A DNA stretch of 64,000 nucleotides, from positions 1 through 64,000 of the forward strand of contig JAUCBJ010002762.1 in NCBI GenBank assembly GCA_032718475.1, in the 5' to 3' direction. Source of the stretch: Nemertoderma westbladi (taxonomy: Eukaryota; Animalia; Xenacoelomorpha). Made by a program: the position numbers and the translations under genes. How positions within the stretch are numbered: position 1 is the first letter of the stretch; each line of letters begins with the position of its first letter. The notes beneath the pieces were generated by a model. That model worked only from the letters and a program-made list of their open reading frames with translations, did no database searches and was not told the origin of the DNA. Shown here in pieces: positions 23,801 to 34,800 of the stretch.

Positions 23801-24868
23801 CGTTATTCCAACATAGTAAATTAATTATATATTTTGAATTTTGTTTTTCAAAAAGTTTAATCGCTAACTGCCACTCTGTTGGATAATCATTTTTTCCGTT
23901 GTCAAAAATGAAATGACTCATATAATTTTTGTACTATGAAGTAAGCTGTTTGTTGTTTTTCACTTTGCTACTAAATTTTGCGGCTATAATAGCCCATTTG
24001 AAACAGTCATTATCAACCGATTGTACATTTATAACACATCATTTACTCGATAGAACCTTAGGTAATTCCATATATCCATGCCCCTTATATAGTAACGACC
24101 TACACTTAGATTCAGCTAATTTAATTTCAACCCTTAATAAAGATTTAATACGCCACCCTGAACCACGTGTGTTAAAGATGGCTATTTTTTGTAATATATT
24201 TTCCAGCACATACTCAAACCATGTGTCAAAACTTTGTGATGAATCTACAGTATTAATAGCACCACCGGAAGAATTAAAATAAAAGGTTTCCAATTGCTCA
24301 CCTTCTGAAAAATGTGATCTGTACATTAATACATTTAGACCAAACCACAGTCTAAGAACATTCATTTCTTTCAATCTATCTAATATTAACTGAAGAATAT
24401 TACCTCGAATTTGCATTACTGCTGTTTCTACATCGGGATAATCTCTAGAAGTTGGGAGGTCGTGGACATAAATTTCAAGACGATTATCGTGAGCGTCTTG
24501 TTCCCGCGTAAAAATTGTTGCGCATGTACCAAGAGCCACCCTTAATTTTTTTCTAGATAATATATTTTTTTTATGTTGCGGAGATTTACGCTTCTTGTGT
24601 AGTAACATTTCAAGTGACAGTCGTGTCGTAAATAATTCTCATATGTATACTCTTTATTACAGGTAGAACAAGTCAATTGATAGGTACGGAACTCCATTTC
24701 TTTACAACCAGTAGTTGATTCATGTCGTTTACAAATTTCGCTGCATGAAGTCACGACATGACACTTAAAACAAGAATAACTTTCAAAATGTGACCGTAGG
24801 TGGCGTAAATAATTATGTCTAGTTACATTCATATGACAGAATGAACAACATATTGTTATTTTATCCAT
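20812..24868 (-). pseudogene. Protein-primed family B DNA polymerase with N-terminal Zn fingers, vOTU-like region and inserted EndoVII/HNH domain; 4 in-frame stops and 2 frameshifts
   Basis: Exo motifs YFDIEC, HNSNKYD, YLKLDV; Pol motifs DFNSLYS, KLLNNSLFGK, SDTDY, LRPKLY, AKGI, ALSSFDDKLY. Stops at 24039, 23934, 23580 and 22053; frameshifts near 24570-24610 and in the A-run at ~21035-21042. Confidence 0.95.
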
Positions 24869-25061
24869 GCTGAAGTTTGTTTAGATAAATAATAATAATA
24901 ATAATAAAATATCTCCAAAGATTAAAATAAAATGAAATGAAATGATATTGACTATATCTAAACATTTATATGCTAGCGAGTGAAATAATTTTAAACCAAT
25001 CACCAAACATCAATCGCCTATGGGTATTGGAAACCTCAAAGAGTTTAACTTATGATCGGGT

Positions 25062-26126
25062 TTACATGTTAGGATAATAATCTGGTTTCCATGGAGAATT
25101 AGTAACTAGATCTACTGGAGCTGGGTTAACAGCAACTTTCTGTTTCTTTGCAGGTGATGCATTGGTAAATTTACTCGATGATCTTGGCTTCCGAGGTAAT
25201 ATTTCAGGAAAGACCTGTTGCGGTTGAGTGCAACTCTCTTCAACATCCGGATTAGGTGATGGGATCTCTACGAATGCTTTAGGTTTATCCAAAAGGATAA
25301 AACCGTCTACATTGGCTTCAATAAGAGAAACGCCATCCATAGCCTCTTTGAGAAAACTAATATGGGCTTTATCATTCAAGTAATGCAACTCAATAGAATT
25401 TCCGCCGGCTCCTACTTCAGTAGAATTATCGGTGTTGGTGATAATAATTTTTTTATTATTGGTTTTAATCATTTTGAAACGGTCTGATAATTGAATGATA
25501 TTTTTATCAAAAAGATGCTTGTCTGGTTCATCAATTTGAGTGTCCCACTCTCGCAACAAAACGGTTAGTTCCTGATTTGACAAATTGAAACCCGTATAAT
25601 AGTTAAAACCAAAACTATCAGCGTATCTGACGCTGATTTTCCATAAGCCAACATAGTTGGTTCCTTTAAAAGCTGTTACAAATCCAATAAACTCTGGATT
25701 TGATAATTCAATGTAGAATTGATCGCTAATAATCTCTAGCGGTGGAGAGAGAAATTGCAATAATTTCCCTCTGTATTGAATTAGAACTTCAGTAAAAGCT
25801 TTGTTGAGGACTTTACATTTGCCTTGTTTCTGAACGTAAACATCACCCGATGTGGGGTTGATGGATATATTCAAATTTCCCCGCGCAAAACGAAGAGTGG
25901 GATGTATCCTACCTGGTATAATTGCTGGTCTGGATTGATGTTGGTTGTTGGTTGTTGTTTCTAGAATGTCTAGCAAATAGCGAGTATCTTGATGGGAAAA
26001 ACAAATTGATTCGTTGTCCTCCTGAGATTCCACAATAAAATACTTGCTGTGAACGACGGTACAAGTATATTTATTGTAAGTAAATTTCCGGCTATTTGTT
26101 GCTCCGGTTTTTTGCGTTAAGGCCAT
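25062..26126 (-). CDS. Polinton protein with probable PC4/Sub1-like ssDNA-binding domain(s)
   Basis: FVTAFKGTNYVGLWK..TGFNLSNQELTVL resembles PC4 VSVRDFKGKVLIDIRE..KGISLNPEQWSQL; NLS-like PAKKQKV near the C-terminus. Confidence 0.5.
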   Translation of the reverse strand: MALTQKTGATNSRKFTYNKYTCTVVHSKYFIVESQEDNESICFSHQDTRYLLDILETTTNNQHQSRPAIIPGRIHPTLRFARGNLNISINPTSGDVYVQKQGKCKVLNKAFTEVLIQYRGKLLQFLSPPLEIISDQFYIELSNPEFIGFVTAFKGTNYVGLWKISVRYADSFGFNYYTGFNLSNQELTVLLREWDTQIDEPDKHLFDKNIIQLSDRFKMIKTNNKKIIITNTDNSTEVGAGGNSIELHYLNDKAHISFLKEAMDGVSLIEANVDGFILLDKPKAFVEIPSPNPDVEESCTQPQQVFPEILPRKPRSSSKFTNASPAKKQKVAVNPAPVDLVTNSPWKPDYYPNM

Positions 26127-26770
26127 AATAATAAATACGAAAAATATTACAAGTGATAAATTTTAAACTGTATCGCTGTAATAAATTGACACCATAGTTC
26201 TCACTCTAAAATTGTGATGTAAAACAATAGAGAAGATACGGGATCGTTTTAATTTCCGTATTACTAATACCAAGGAGAAATGCAATCTCGTATCTTCTCT
26301 ATTGTTTTGCAACTCCAATGTCGGAATCAGTATCATTTATGGGGTGTTGTTTTCCGACCAACGAATATACAACGAGTAAGATAATGTAGAAATTATTAAG
26401 GAAATAACACAATTTCAGAGTGAGAACAAAAAATTAGATATGGTATCAATCAATATATTACCATGAAGATTACAAGTGATGAATTTTAACAAAAACATTC
26501 AGTTATATATAAATTTTGAATGCGTGTGGATGCGGCATAATCAACGTAGAAGAGATGGGGTGTGGCATAATCGACGAATGAGAAAAGAGATGGGTTGCAA
26601 TGTGGATGAATGGTTGCGTGGATAGGAAATATGTGAAAGAATATGAATCATTGGGTTGTGCGTAATAATAATCAATAATTATAATAAAAACGCACAGTAT
26701 AATGTTAGTAGTAGCCTTTCAATATGGCACAGATGCTGAGGGATCGGTTAGGATGAGTAACTATTATGGA

Positions 26771-27169
26771 AATGCTCGTATACGTGTAGTTGATGCGTGG
26801 CGGAATTTCATGTATCATACTGGTTGGTTGGTTTGGCGACAGCAGTCGTGGAGTTGGCAATCGATATAATATAATATAAGCGTGATGCGTGTAGATGACC
26901 ACGTCGTCACCATATACAGTATACAGTGGTGGTGGTAACGTGGCGAAAAGGTGAATAACCGTAGGGTTAGTCAATCATTCGAGTAAGGCGGGCATCGCGA
27001 GGTTAGGCTACGCTACGATTGGTTGATGTCAACTGCCGATCGATGGTGACATAAGGCGCGCACCGCAATTTAGCGCCGGAATTTGGCATTTTTAATAGCC
27101 CTCCGAGTGGTATGCCCATAGCCCAAGCTAGGGAGGACTTACGACAAGGACCATTCTTCTTCTACTACT
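26771..27169 (-). repeat. Right terminal inverted repeat of the Polinton
   Basis: Reverse complement of 7215-7642. Confidence 0.93.
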
Positions 27170-27385
27170 TATATGCCAGAAGGGAGCAATATACATCTTG
27201 AGAAGAACAGAAATCACTGTCTTTTGCACTACCTTTGAAGGGTTGTGGATGTCCGTAAATAACAAGTCATTGAAGGACCGTGTTCTAATGGGAAATATTT
27301 TATGTTCTATTTTTCAGTTTCCCTGACAACCACTGCAAACAGATGCATTTTGATAGAAAATCGGTAATTTGGACATAAACTACAA

Positions 27386-29944
27386 TCCACGAAGCTAAGG
27401 AAAATCAACTACTTTCGCTAAGAAAGATTTTCCTTAGCTGAGATGGTCTATTCATAGTGGGCTATTTTACTTGTGTGAGGCAGATTTGGGGTTTTTTGAT
27501 AGGCGAAAAAACTAGCCTTTAAAAGTACCCTGAAATTTTGCATGTATATACTACTCGACGAGGCGCATCTTTTGGGCCGGGTCTCATATCCAGGAAAAAT
27601 CTGGTTTCCATGGCAACGGACTTCAAAAAAAGTCTATGTATTTCAAGTCAATATTTATAACTCTATTTGTAGGAAAACTATAATAGATATAAACTTGGGG
27701 TTTCGCATTTCGCAACACAACTATAAGGTCCATAGCAGATCCGATTGAGGCTAAATAGAAAATCCAGTTACCTTGGCAACCGGGATAAACAGATGTTAAA
27801 ATTTATAAAATGTTAATTTGAAGCCTAAGGGCAAGGTGTTATGACTTGGGACCAACCCCTACCCCCACTATATAACTTATTCTGCATCCGAATTACATTG
27901 TTCTATTTTTCAGTTACCATGACAACCGCTGAAAACATATGTTTTTATTCAAAACTTATTCATTTGGACATAGACTTCACGATAAAATTTTACAAAACTG
28001 GGAATGTGTTATCTGGACCACTAGTTGGAACTTTTAGTGAAACTTAAATTATTCCAGAAATTTAGTTACCATGGTAACTGTAGTTTATTAAACTCTATAT
28101 CATTCAAATCTATATTGATAACTCTATTTGTAGCAAAACTGTAATATATATAAACTTGGGGTTTTGCAACTCATCTATAAGATCCATATCCAAGCCGTTT
28201 GAGGTTAATTAGAAAATCCACGAAGCTAAGGAAAATCAACTACTTTCGCTAAGAAAGATTTTCCTTAGCTGAGATGGTCTATTCATAGTGGGCTATTTTA
28301 CTTGTATGGAGCAGATTTAGTGTTTTTTGATAGGTGAAAAAACTAGCCTTTAAAAGTACCCTGAAATTTTGCATGTATATACTACGCGACGAGGCGCATC
28401 TTTTGGGCCGGGTCTCATATCCAGGAAAAATCTGGTTTCCATGGCAACGGACTTCAAAAAAAGTCTATGTATTTCAAGTCAATATTTATAACTCTATTTG
28501 TAGGAAAACTATAATACATATAAACTTGGGGTTTCGCAACACAACTATAAGGTCCATAGCAGATCCGATTGAGGCTAAATAGAAAATCCAGTTACCTTGG
28601 CAACCGGGCTAAACAGATGTTAAAATTTATAAAATGTTAATTTGAAGCCTAAGGAAGGTTAAGGTGTTATGACTTGGGACCAACCCCTACCCCCACTATA
28701 TAACTTATTCTGCATCCGCATTTGACTGTTCTATTTTGCAGTTACCTTGACAACCGATGAAAACAGATGTTTTTATACAAAATTTACTCATTTGGATATA
28801 GACTTCGCAATAAAATTTTACGAAATTGGGAATGTGTTATCTGGACCATTAGTTGGAACTTTTAGTGAAACTCAAATCATTCCAGAAATATATAGTTACC
28901 TTGGTAACTGTATATTAATAAAGTCTATATCATTCAAGTCTATATTCATAACTCAATTTGTAGAAAAACCGCAATAGATATAAACTTGGAGTTTCTCAAC
29001 TCAACTATAAGGGCCGTAACCGAGCAGATTGAGGTAAATTAAAAAATCCTGATACCATGGCAACCAGGCTAAACAGATGTAAAAATTTATAAAATGATAA
29101 TTTGAAGCACAAGTTAATAGTATTATGACTTGGGACCAACACCTACCCCCACTACATGACTTATTCTGCGTCCGAATTTCTTTGTTTAATTTTGCAGTTA
29201 CCATGACAACCACTGAAAAAGATGTTTTTATACAAAAATAACTCATTTGGACATAGTCGTCGCGATAAAATTTTACGAAACTGGATATGTGTTATCTGGA
29301 CCACTAGTTGGAACTTTTAGTGAAACTCAAAACATTCCACTAATATCTTGTTACCATGGTAACTGGAGTTTATTAAAGTCTATATCATTCAAATCTAAAT
29401 TCAATACTCTATTTGTAGCAAAATAATGTAATAAATATAAATTTGGGGTTTTGCAACTCATCTGTAAGGTCCATATACAATCCATTCGAGGTTAATTACA
29501 CAATCCAATTACCATAGCAACAAGACTAAACAGATGTTAAAATTTCTAAAATGATAATTTGAAACACAAGTTAATAGTATTATGACATGGGACCAAGACC
29601 TACCCCCATTATATGACTTATTCTGTATCCGAATTACATTGTTCTATTTTTCAGTTTCCATGACAACCACTGCAAAGAGATGCATTTTGATAGAAAATCG
29701 GTAATTTGGACATAAACTACAATATTTTCTGAAACTTGGTATGTGTTATCTGAACCACAATCTGGACTGAATCTTTTTTCAAAGATTAAACCAACAGTTC
29801 CAGAGAACTTTAGTTTCCATGGGAATAGAAGTTAATTATTGGCAAAAGCTACTAAACTAGGCTAAGCAACGAACCAAAGTGTGGCGGTTTGTTTAATTTT
29901 CCTTAGCTTCGTGGTTGCATTTCCTTTAGGAAATGCCTTTCTCG
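27386..29944 (+). mobile_element. Composite non-autonomous Helentron-associated (HINE/DINE-1-like) element: two 5' ends (27386, 28217), one 3' end
   Basis: Starts TCCACGAAGCTAAGGAAAAT; ~460-bp central repeats; 3' ATTTTCCTTAGCTTCGTGG + hairpin GCATTTCCT-TT-AGGAAATGC + CTTTCTCG. Confidence 0.85.
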
Positions 29945-30994
29945 TATTTTCTGAAACTCAGTATCCACGAAGCTAAGGAAAATCAACTACTTTCGCTAAG
30001 AAAGATTTTCCTTAGCTGAGATGGTCTATTCATAGTGGGCTATTTTACTTGTGTGAGGCAGATTTGGTTTTTTTTGATCGGTGAAAAAACTAGCCTTTAA
30101 AAGTACCCTGAAATTTTGCATGTATATACAACTCATCAAGGCGCGTCGTGTGGGATGGGTCTCATATCCAGGAAAAATCTGGTTTCCATGGCAACGGACT
30201 TAGAAAAAAGTCTATGTATTTCAAGTCAATATTTGTAACTCTATTTGTAGGAAAACTATAATAGATATAAACTTGGGGTTTCTCAACACAACTATAAGGT
30301 CCATAGCAGAGCCGATTGAGGTTAAATAGAAATTCCAGTTACCTTGTCAACCAGGCTAAACAGATGTTAAAATTTATAAAATGATAATTTGAAGCCTAAG
30401 GACAAGGTGTTATGACTTGGGACCAACCCCTACCCCCACTATATAATTTATTCTGCGTCCGAATTTCATTGTTTTATTTTGCTGTTACCATGACAACCGC
30501 TGAAAACAGATGTTTTTATGCAAAAATTACTAATTTGGACATAGACTTCGCGATAAAATTTTACGAAACTGGGTATGTATTATCTGGACCACTAGTTGGA
30601 ACTTTTAGTGAAACAAAAAAAACATTCCAGAAATACCTAGTTACCATGGTAACTGTAGTTTATCAAAGTCTATATCATTTAAATCTAAATTCAATACTCT
30701 ATTTGTAGCTAAATAATGTAATATATATAAATTTGGGGTTTTGCAACACATCTATAAGGTCCATATACAAGCCGTTCGAGGTTAATTACACAATCCAGTT
30801 ACCATAGCAACAAGACTAAACAGATGTTAAAATTTATAAAATGATAATTTGAAGCACAAGTTAATAGTATAATGACTTGGGACCAACACCTACCCCCACT
30901 ATATGACTTATTCTGCATCCGAATTACATTATTATTACAGAATTACACTATTTTCAGTTTCCATGACAACCACTGCAAACAAATGCATTTTGTG

Positions 30995-31345
30995 CATTTT
31001 TTGACCAAACTTCTCAATCTTAATAAACCTATGACATACCACATATTTAACAAGTTTGGTTTAATTTCATTATTGATTGATTGACTTATTTCGGATAAAA
31101 TTATCAAAAGTCTGATACTACTGGTACAGACTGACAGACTGTCTAATTTTTGACCAAACTTATTATTATTATTATTATTTATTATTAATAATAATAATTT
31201 AATATTAACTTATTATTATATTTAACGAGTTTGGTTTAATTTCATCAAGGAATGGCCGAGTTATTAGCGATCAAAAATTAGACGATGACAGACAATTCAT
31301 CGTCCCTTTGCTAAGGCTTCGCACAATTCGTTGCTCGCCCTTCGT
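30995..31345 (-). mobile_element. Fragment of a second HINE-like repeat family
   Basis: Short tandem duplications, GACA microsatellite remnants and a GC-rich terminal segment; weak evidence. Confidence 0.3.
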
Positions 31346-31874
31346 TGTTATTTCTTATTAAACAGCAATATGACTAGTGAGCAAGGCAATAGTTGTTGCC
31401 ACTACTACTTTACTACTTGCGTTAAGCAGTCAGTGGCAGGAACACAATTCCTTTCTAAAATGAGTGATCTTGGAGCCATTATGCGAAATTAACGCGAAAA
31501 TATTATTCACATTAAACAAATTATCGAATGATATAACCATGGTTACAGAAACAAACATTCATTTGTTTTCTATGAATCTGTGAGCTTTGGATTTCGTTAC
31601 CGGTATAGCGCTTGCGTTTTTACTTTTGTGTTGCTTTTACATAATATCCAAGATATTTTATTTGCCTTTAAGTTGCACTGTTTTATGTGTCCATAGTATT
31701 ATTTAGTATTATATAGTTTTATATTGTGTATTCCTGGTATTACAATTTAATAGTATATAATATATTTAATATTTTATTGATTTTTAGTAGGCCTATTATT
31801 TTAGTTATAATTAGGCCTATAGGTAGGCCTATTACATTTATTAGAATTATTTTAACATACAAGCACGAGAAAAT

Positions 31875-34800
31875 ATGTCTGATAACACTATCTTTATCGG
31901 TAAAAATGGCATATATGGAATTAGAGGAAAGAAGTTTCCGAAAAGTAGTACGCCTAGTTATATGCCAACTATGGCGAGGAAGCTACCTGTAGTAGAAAGT
32001 AAAGTAGCAATGTATCAAACGAGAGTCTCAATTCCATCTATTATTGTTAGTGATTGTGATGACGAAATAGTTGATAGCGGTACCAGTAGTAAGGTCAATG
32101 CTGGAACTAAGACTGCTGCAGGTACAGGTAAGCCATATGCGGCAGTCGCTAGCAAGTACAACAGGCCAAGTAATCAGATTTTTACACAATCTGGTGATCT
32201 TATAATTTCACGCGATTTCATTCCTTCAATGATATTTGAACGTACAATCTTTCCATCAAATAATTGTCAGGCCCAAGAAGATGAGGATGCTCCTATAATG
32301 GGATGTCTTACTGGTATGAAGGATTCTTCGTTTTCAACATCTGAACCAAGTAAGGAGAGCCTGAAAGTTTCTAAAGTGAAGGTGGTTTCTCCCTGGGAAG
32401 TAAAGGACCGCCAAGAAATTATTTATAAGCCTATGAAGAGGTATGTAGAAATAGAATCTATTACTACTGCAGAAACCATGTTGAATGTTAATAATAATCA
32501 ATCTGATATTACTTCTGGAGCATGTACCGGTACTGATTTTAGAAGGCCTAATAAAAATGTTTCAGTTTGTAAGCCGTTATATGTTGCCCCATTAGAACCT
32601 ACTGATAATGCATTGGAAAATAAAGTGGATGACCTGCGTTTATCTTCCGCCCATTTCCAATCTGCACCTAGGTCACGTAGGAATAAAAAGTGTAAATTTG
32701 TACCATTGTTAGGTGATGATGACGATAATGTAGGCTTGGGTGATAAAACGCCACGCAGATTTCTATTTGAAGGAAGTAAATGTGATCATTGCCATAAAAG
32801 TATGCTTAGTAGGGCACGTTACTGTAATACCTGTGTGAGGAAGGAGCTTCCTAGGCGGACTCATATGACATGCACTGTTGAACGTAGGCCGGTACAGTAC
32901 AATGATAATAAATCCAGGCTGCAAGGATCTGTATGTAAAGCACCAATAAACAATCGGCGGGAAAGCACTGTGCCAGTTGTAGGCAAGTGGAAAACGGTGC
33001 CTATAAGGAGTCAAAGGGATACTAAAGGGGATAATGTTATTTCGAAGCGGCCTATCTCTGTGAGAGGTACCAAAGTGAAACATATGTGTGTGGTGGATAA
33101 GTATATACCAGGTATGTCTGGTCTACGTCCCACTAAACCTGTACGTGGTACCAGTGGGATGAAGAGGGACAAGTGCACTGTATGCAGGAAGTTTGTTGCC
33201 AGAGGAATGGTCTTTTGTGGAAAGTGTGGGGAACGTAGAAACAAAACACAGTTTGTTGCTTCTGTTGGTTATGTACAAACTGCAGAAAACAGTAGGCCTA
33301 CTGAATTATTGACAAAGTGTAGAAAGTGTCTGGGTATTTATTCTGGCCGAGTAGGTAAGTTGTATTGTAGGCCTTGTGAGTTAGTTGTCTCCATGTCGCC
33401 TCCTACTTGTGTGAAAACGGGACGGATAAATCGAAAATGTATAAATTCTCCCAATAAGGAAATAATACATCAAACATCTGTGCCGTGCAGGCAAATCAGC
33501 CAGGAAGCAAAATACCTAGTATGTGAAATGTGTTCCAAAGAAATATCAATATCAATACAATATATGTGTAATTTTAGAAGATTTTGTTCTGTCAGGTGTA
33601 TTAGAAGGCAGAATTGTATAAATGCAGATGTACAAACAACTGTAAAAAGTTTTGGAAGTGGTCTGGAAAATGAAAAATATTTTATAGACCTACGCAAATA
33701 TGAGCAAAGATATAAAAGTGGATATAATAAAATTTACGGAAGTTCTGGTGATGATGAGTTGGGTACTAGTATAACTAATACAGGAAACCAAGTGAAACAT
33801 TTTGAATTAACAAAATTAGATCTCGTAATGGGTGGTGTGGGTGGCCGTGGACGTCCTAGAAAGAGAAAATTACCATCTAAAATGACAGAACTGTTTGATG
33901 GTAAACATACATTGGAGACTAATACAAATGAATGTGAATCAAGTGCGATTCCATATACAATTAGTGGTGAAGGAAATCAGAACTCTAGAAAGAGAAAACC
34001 AGAGGACCCGAGCTCATCCAGAAGTAATAAATATAAATATATTTCTTTATCTGATATTGAGGCTTGTATTGGCAATAATGATATTATAATCAAAGGTGTA
34101 CTTACTGATTACGAGTGTGCTGAGGCTGATAATATTACTAGCTGGTGTTATAATGATAGTTCAATGTGTAAAATACTGTATGGGACATCTAGTGATAAAA
34201 CTGTAAGTAGTATTTATCTCAATAATTTTTTAACTCGTGGTTTTCCAAACAACAACATTTCTACGTATAAATGGTATTCTTGGATACATTTCAAAAAGGT
34301 GTTAAAAAACCAAGGCCTCAATGTAGAAACAGTTCTCAATAATGAGTCACTTTTTCTTGATATACTGCAACGTGTGAATTCCTATTTCCTTTACCATAAG
34401 TTATTTCGCGAGAGTGTTTCTCTTAAACCATATATGGGTCCACAATCGTACAAAGATCGACAAAATACATCTAAATTGTACTACTATGGTAGAGGTAATT
34501 TAAAGTATTATCGATTAAAGGACTTCAATTACGAAGTTAAGAATCGGTTTGGAGTTGCAACAATGAACGATTTTCAGGGAAACTTTAATACTACAAGAAT
34601 AGATTCAGACACATTTGAGAATATGTTACAAAAGGTAAACCGTGATATAGAGAAAAATATAGACAGGCATCCTGATCTTTTTAAACTATATTCTGGCCCA
34701 CAATGTCACGAGGATAGGGGGAATACAAGTAGAATGACATATGATGTCTCATATGTACAACACAAGGTTCAAAAATCGCTTTCAAATATTAATCCAGCTA

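Larger units (their letters stand above)
7215..27169. mobile_element. Full-length Polinton/Maverick (adintovirus-like endogenous virus), 19,955 bp
   Basis: Ends AGTAGTAGAAGAAGAATGG / CCATTCTTCTTCTACTACT; 6-bp TSD TATATG at 7209-7214 and 27170-27175; pPolB, rve integrase, ATPase, adenain, hexon and penton genes inside. Confidence 0.97.

Noticed and set aside
22053-24041. Alternative genetic code (TGA read-through) in pPolB
   Set aside because: A TAG stop and frameshifts also occur, and other Polinton genes end in TGA; decay is the simpler explanation.
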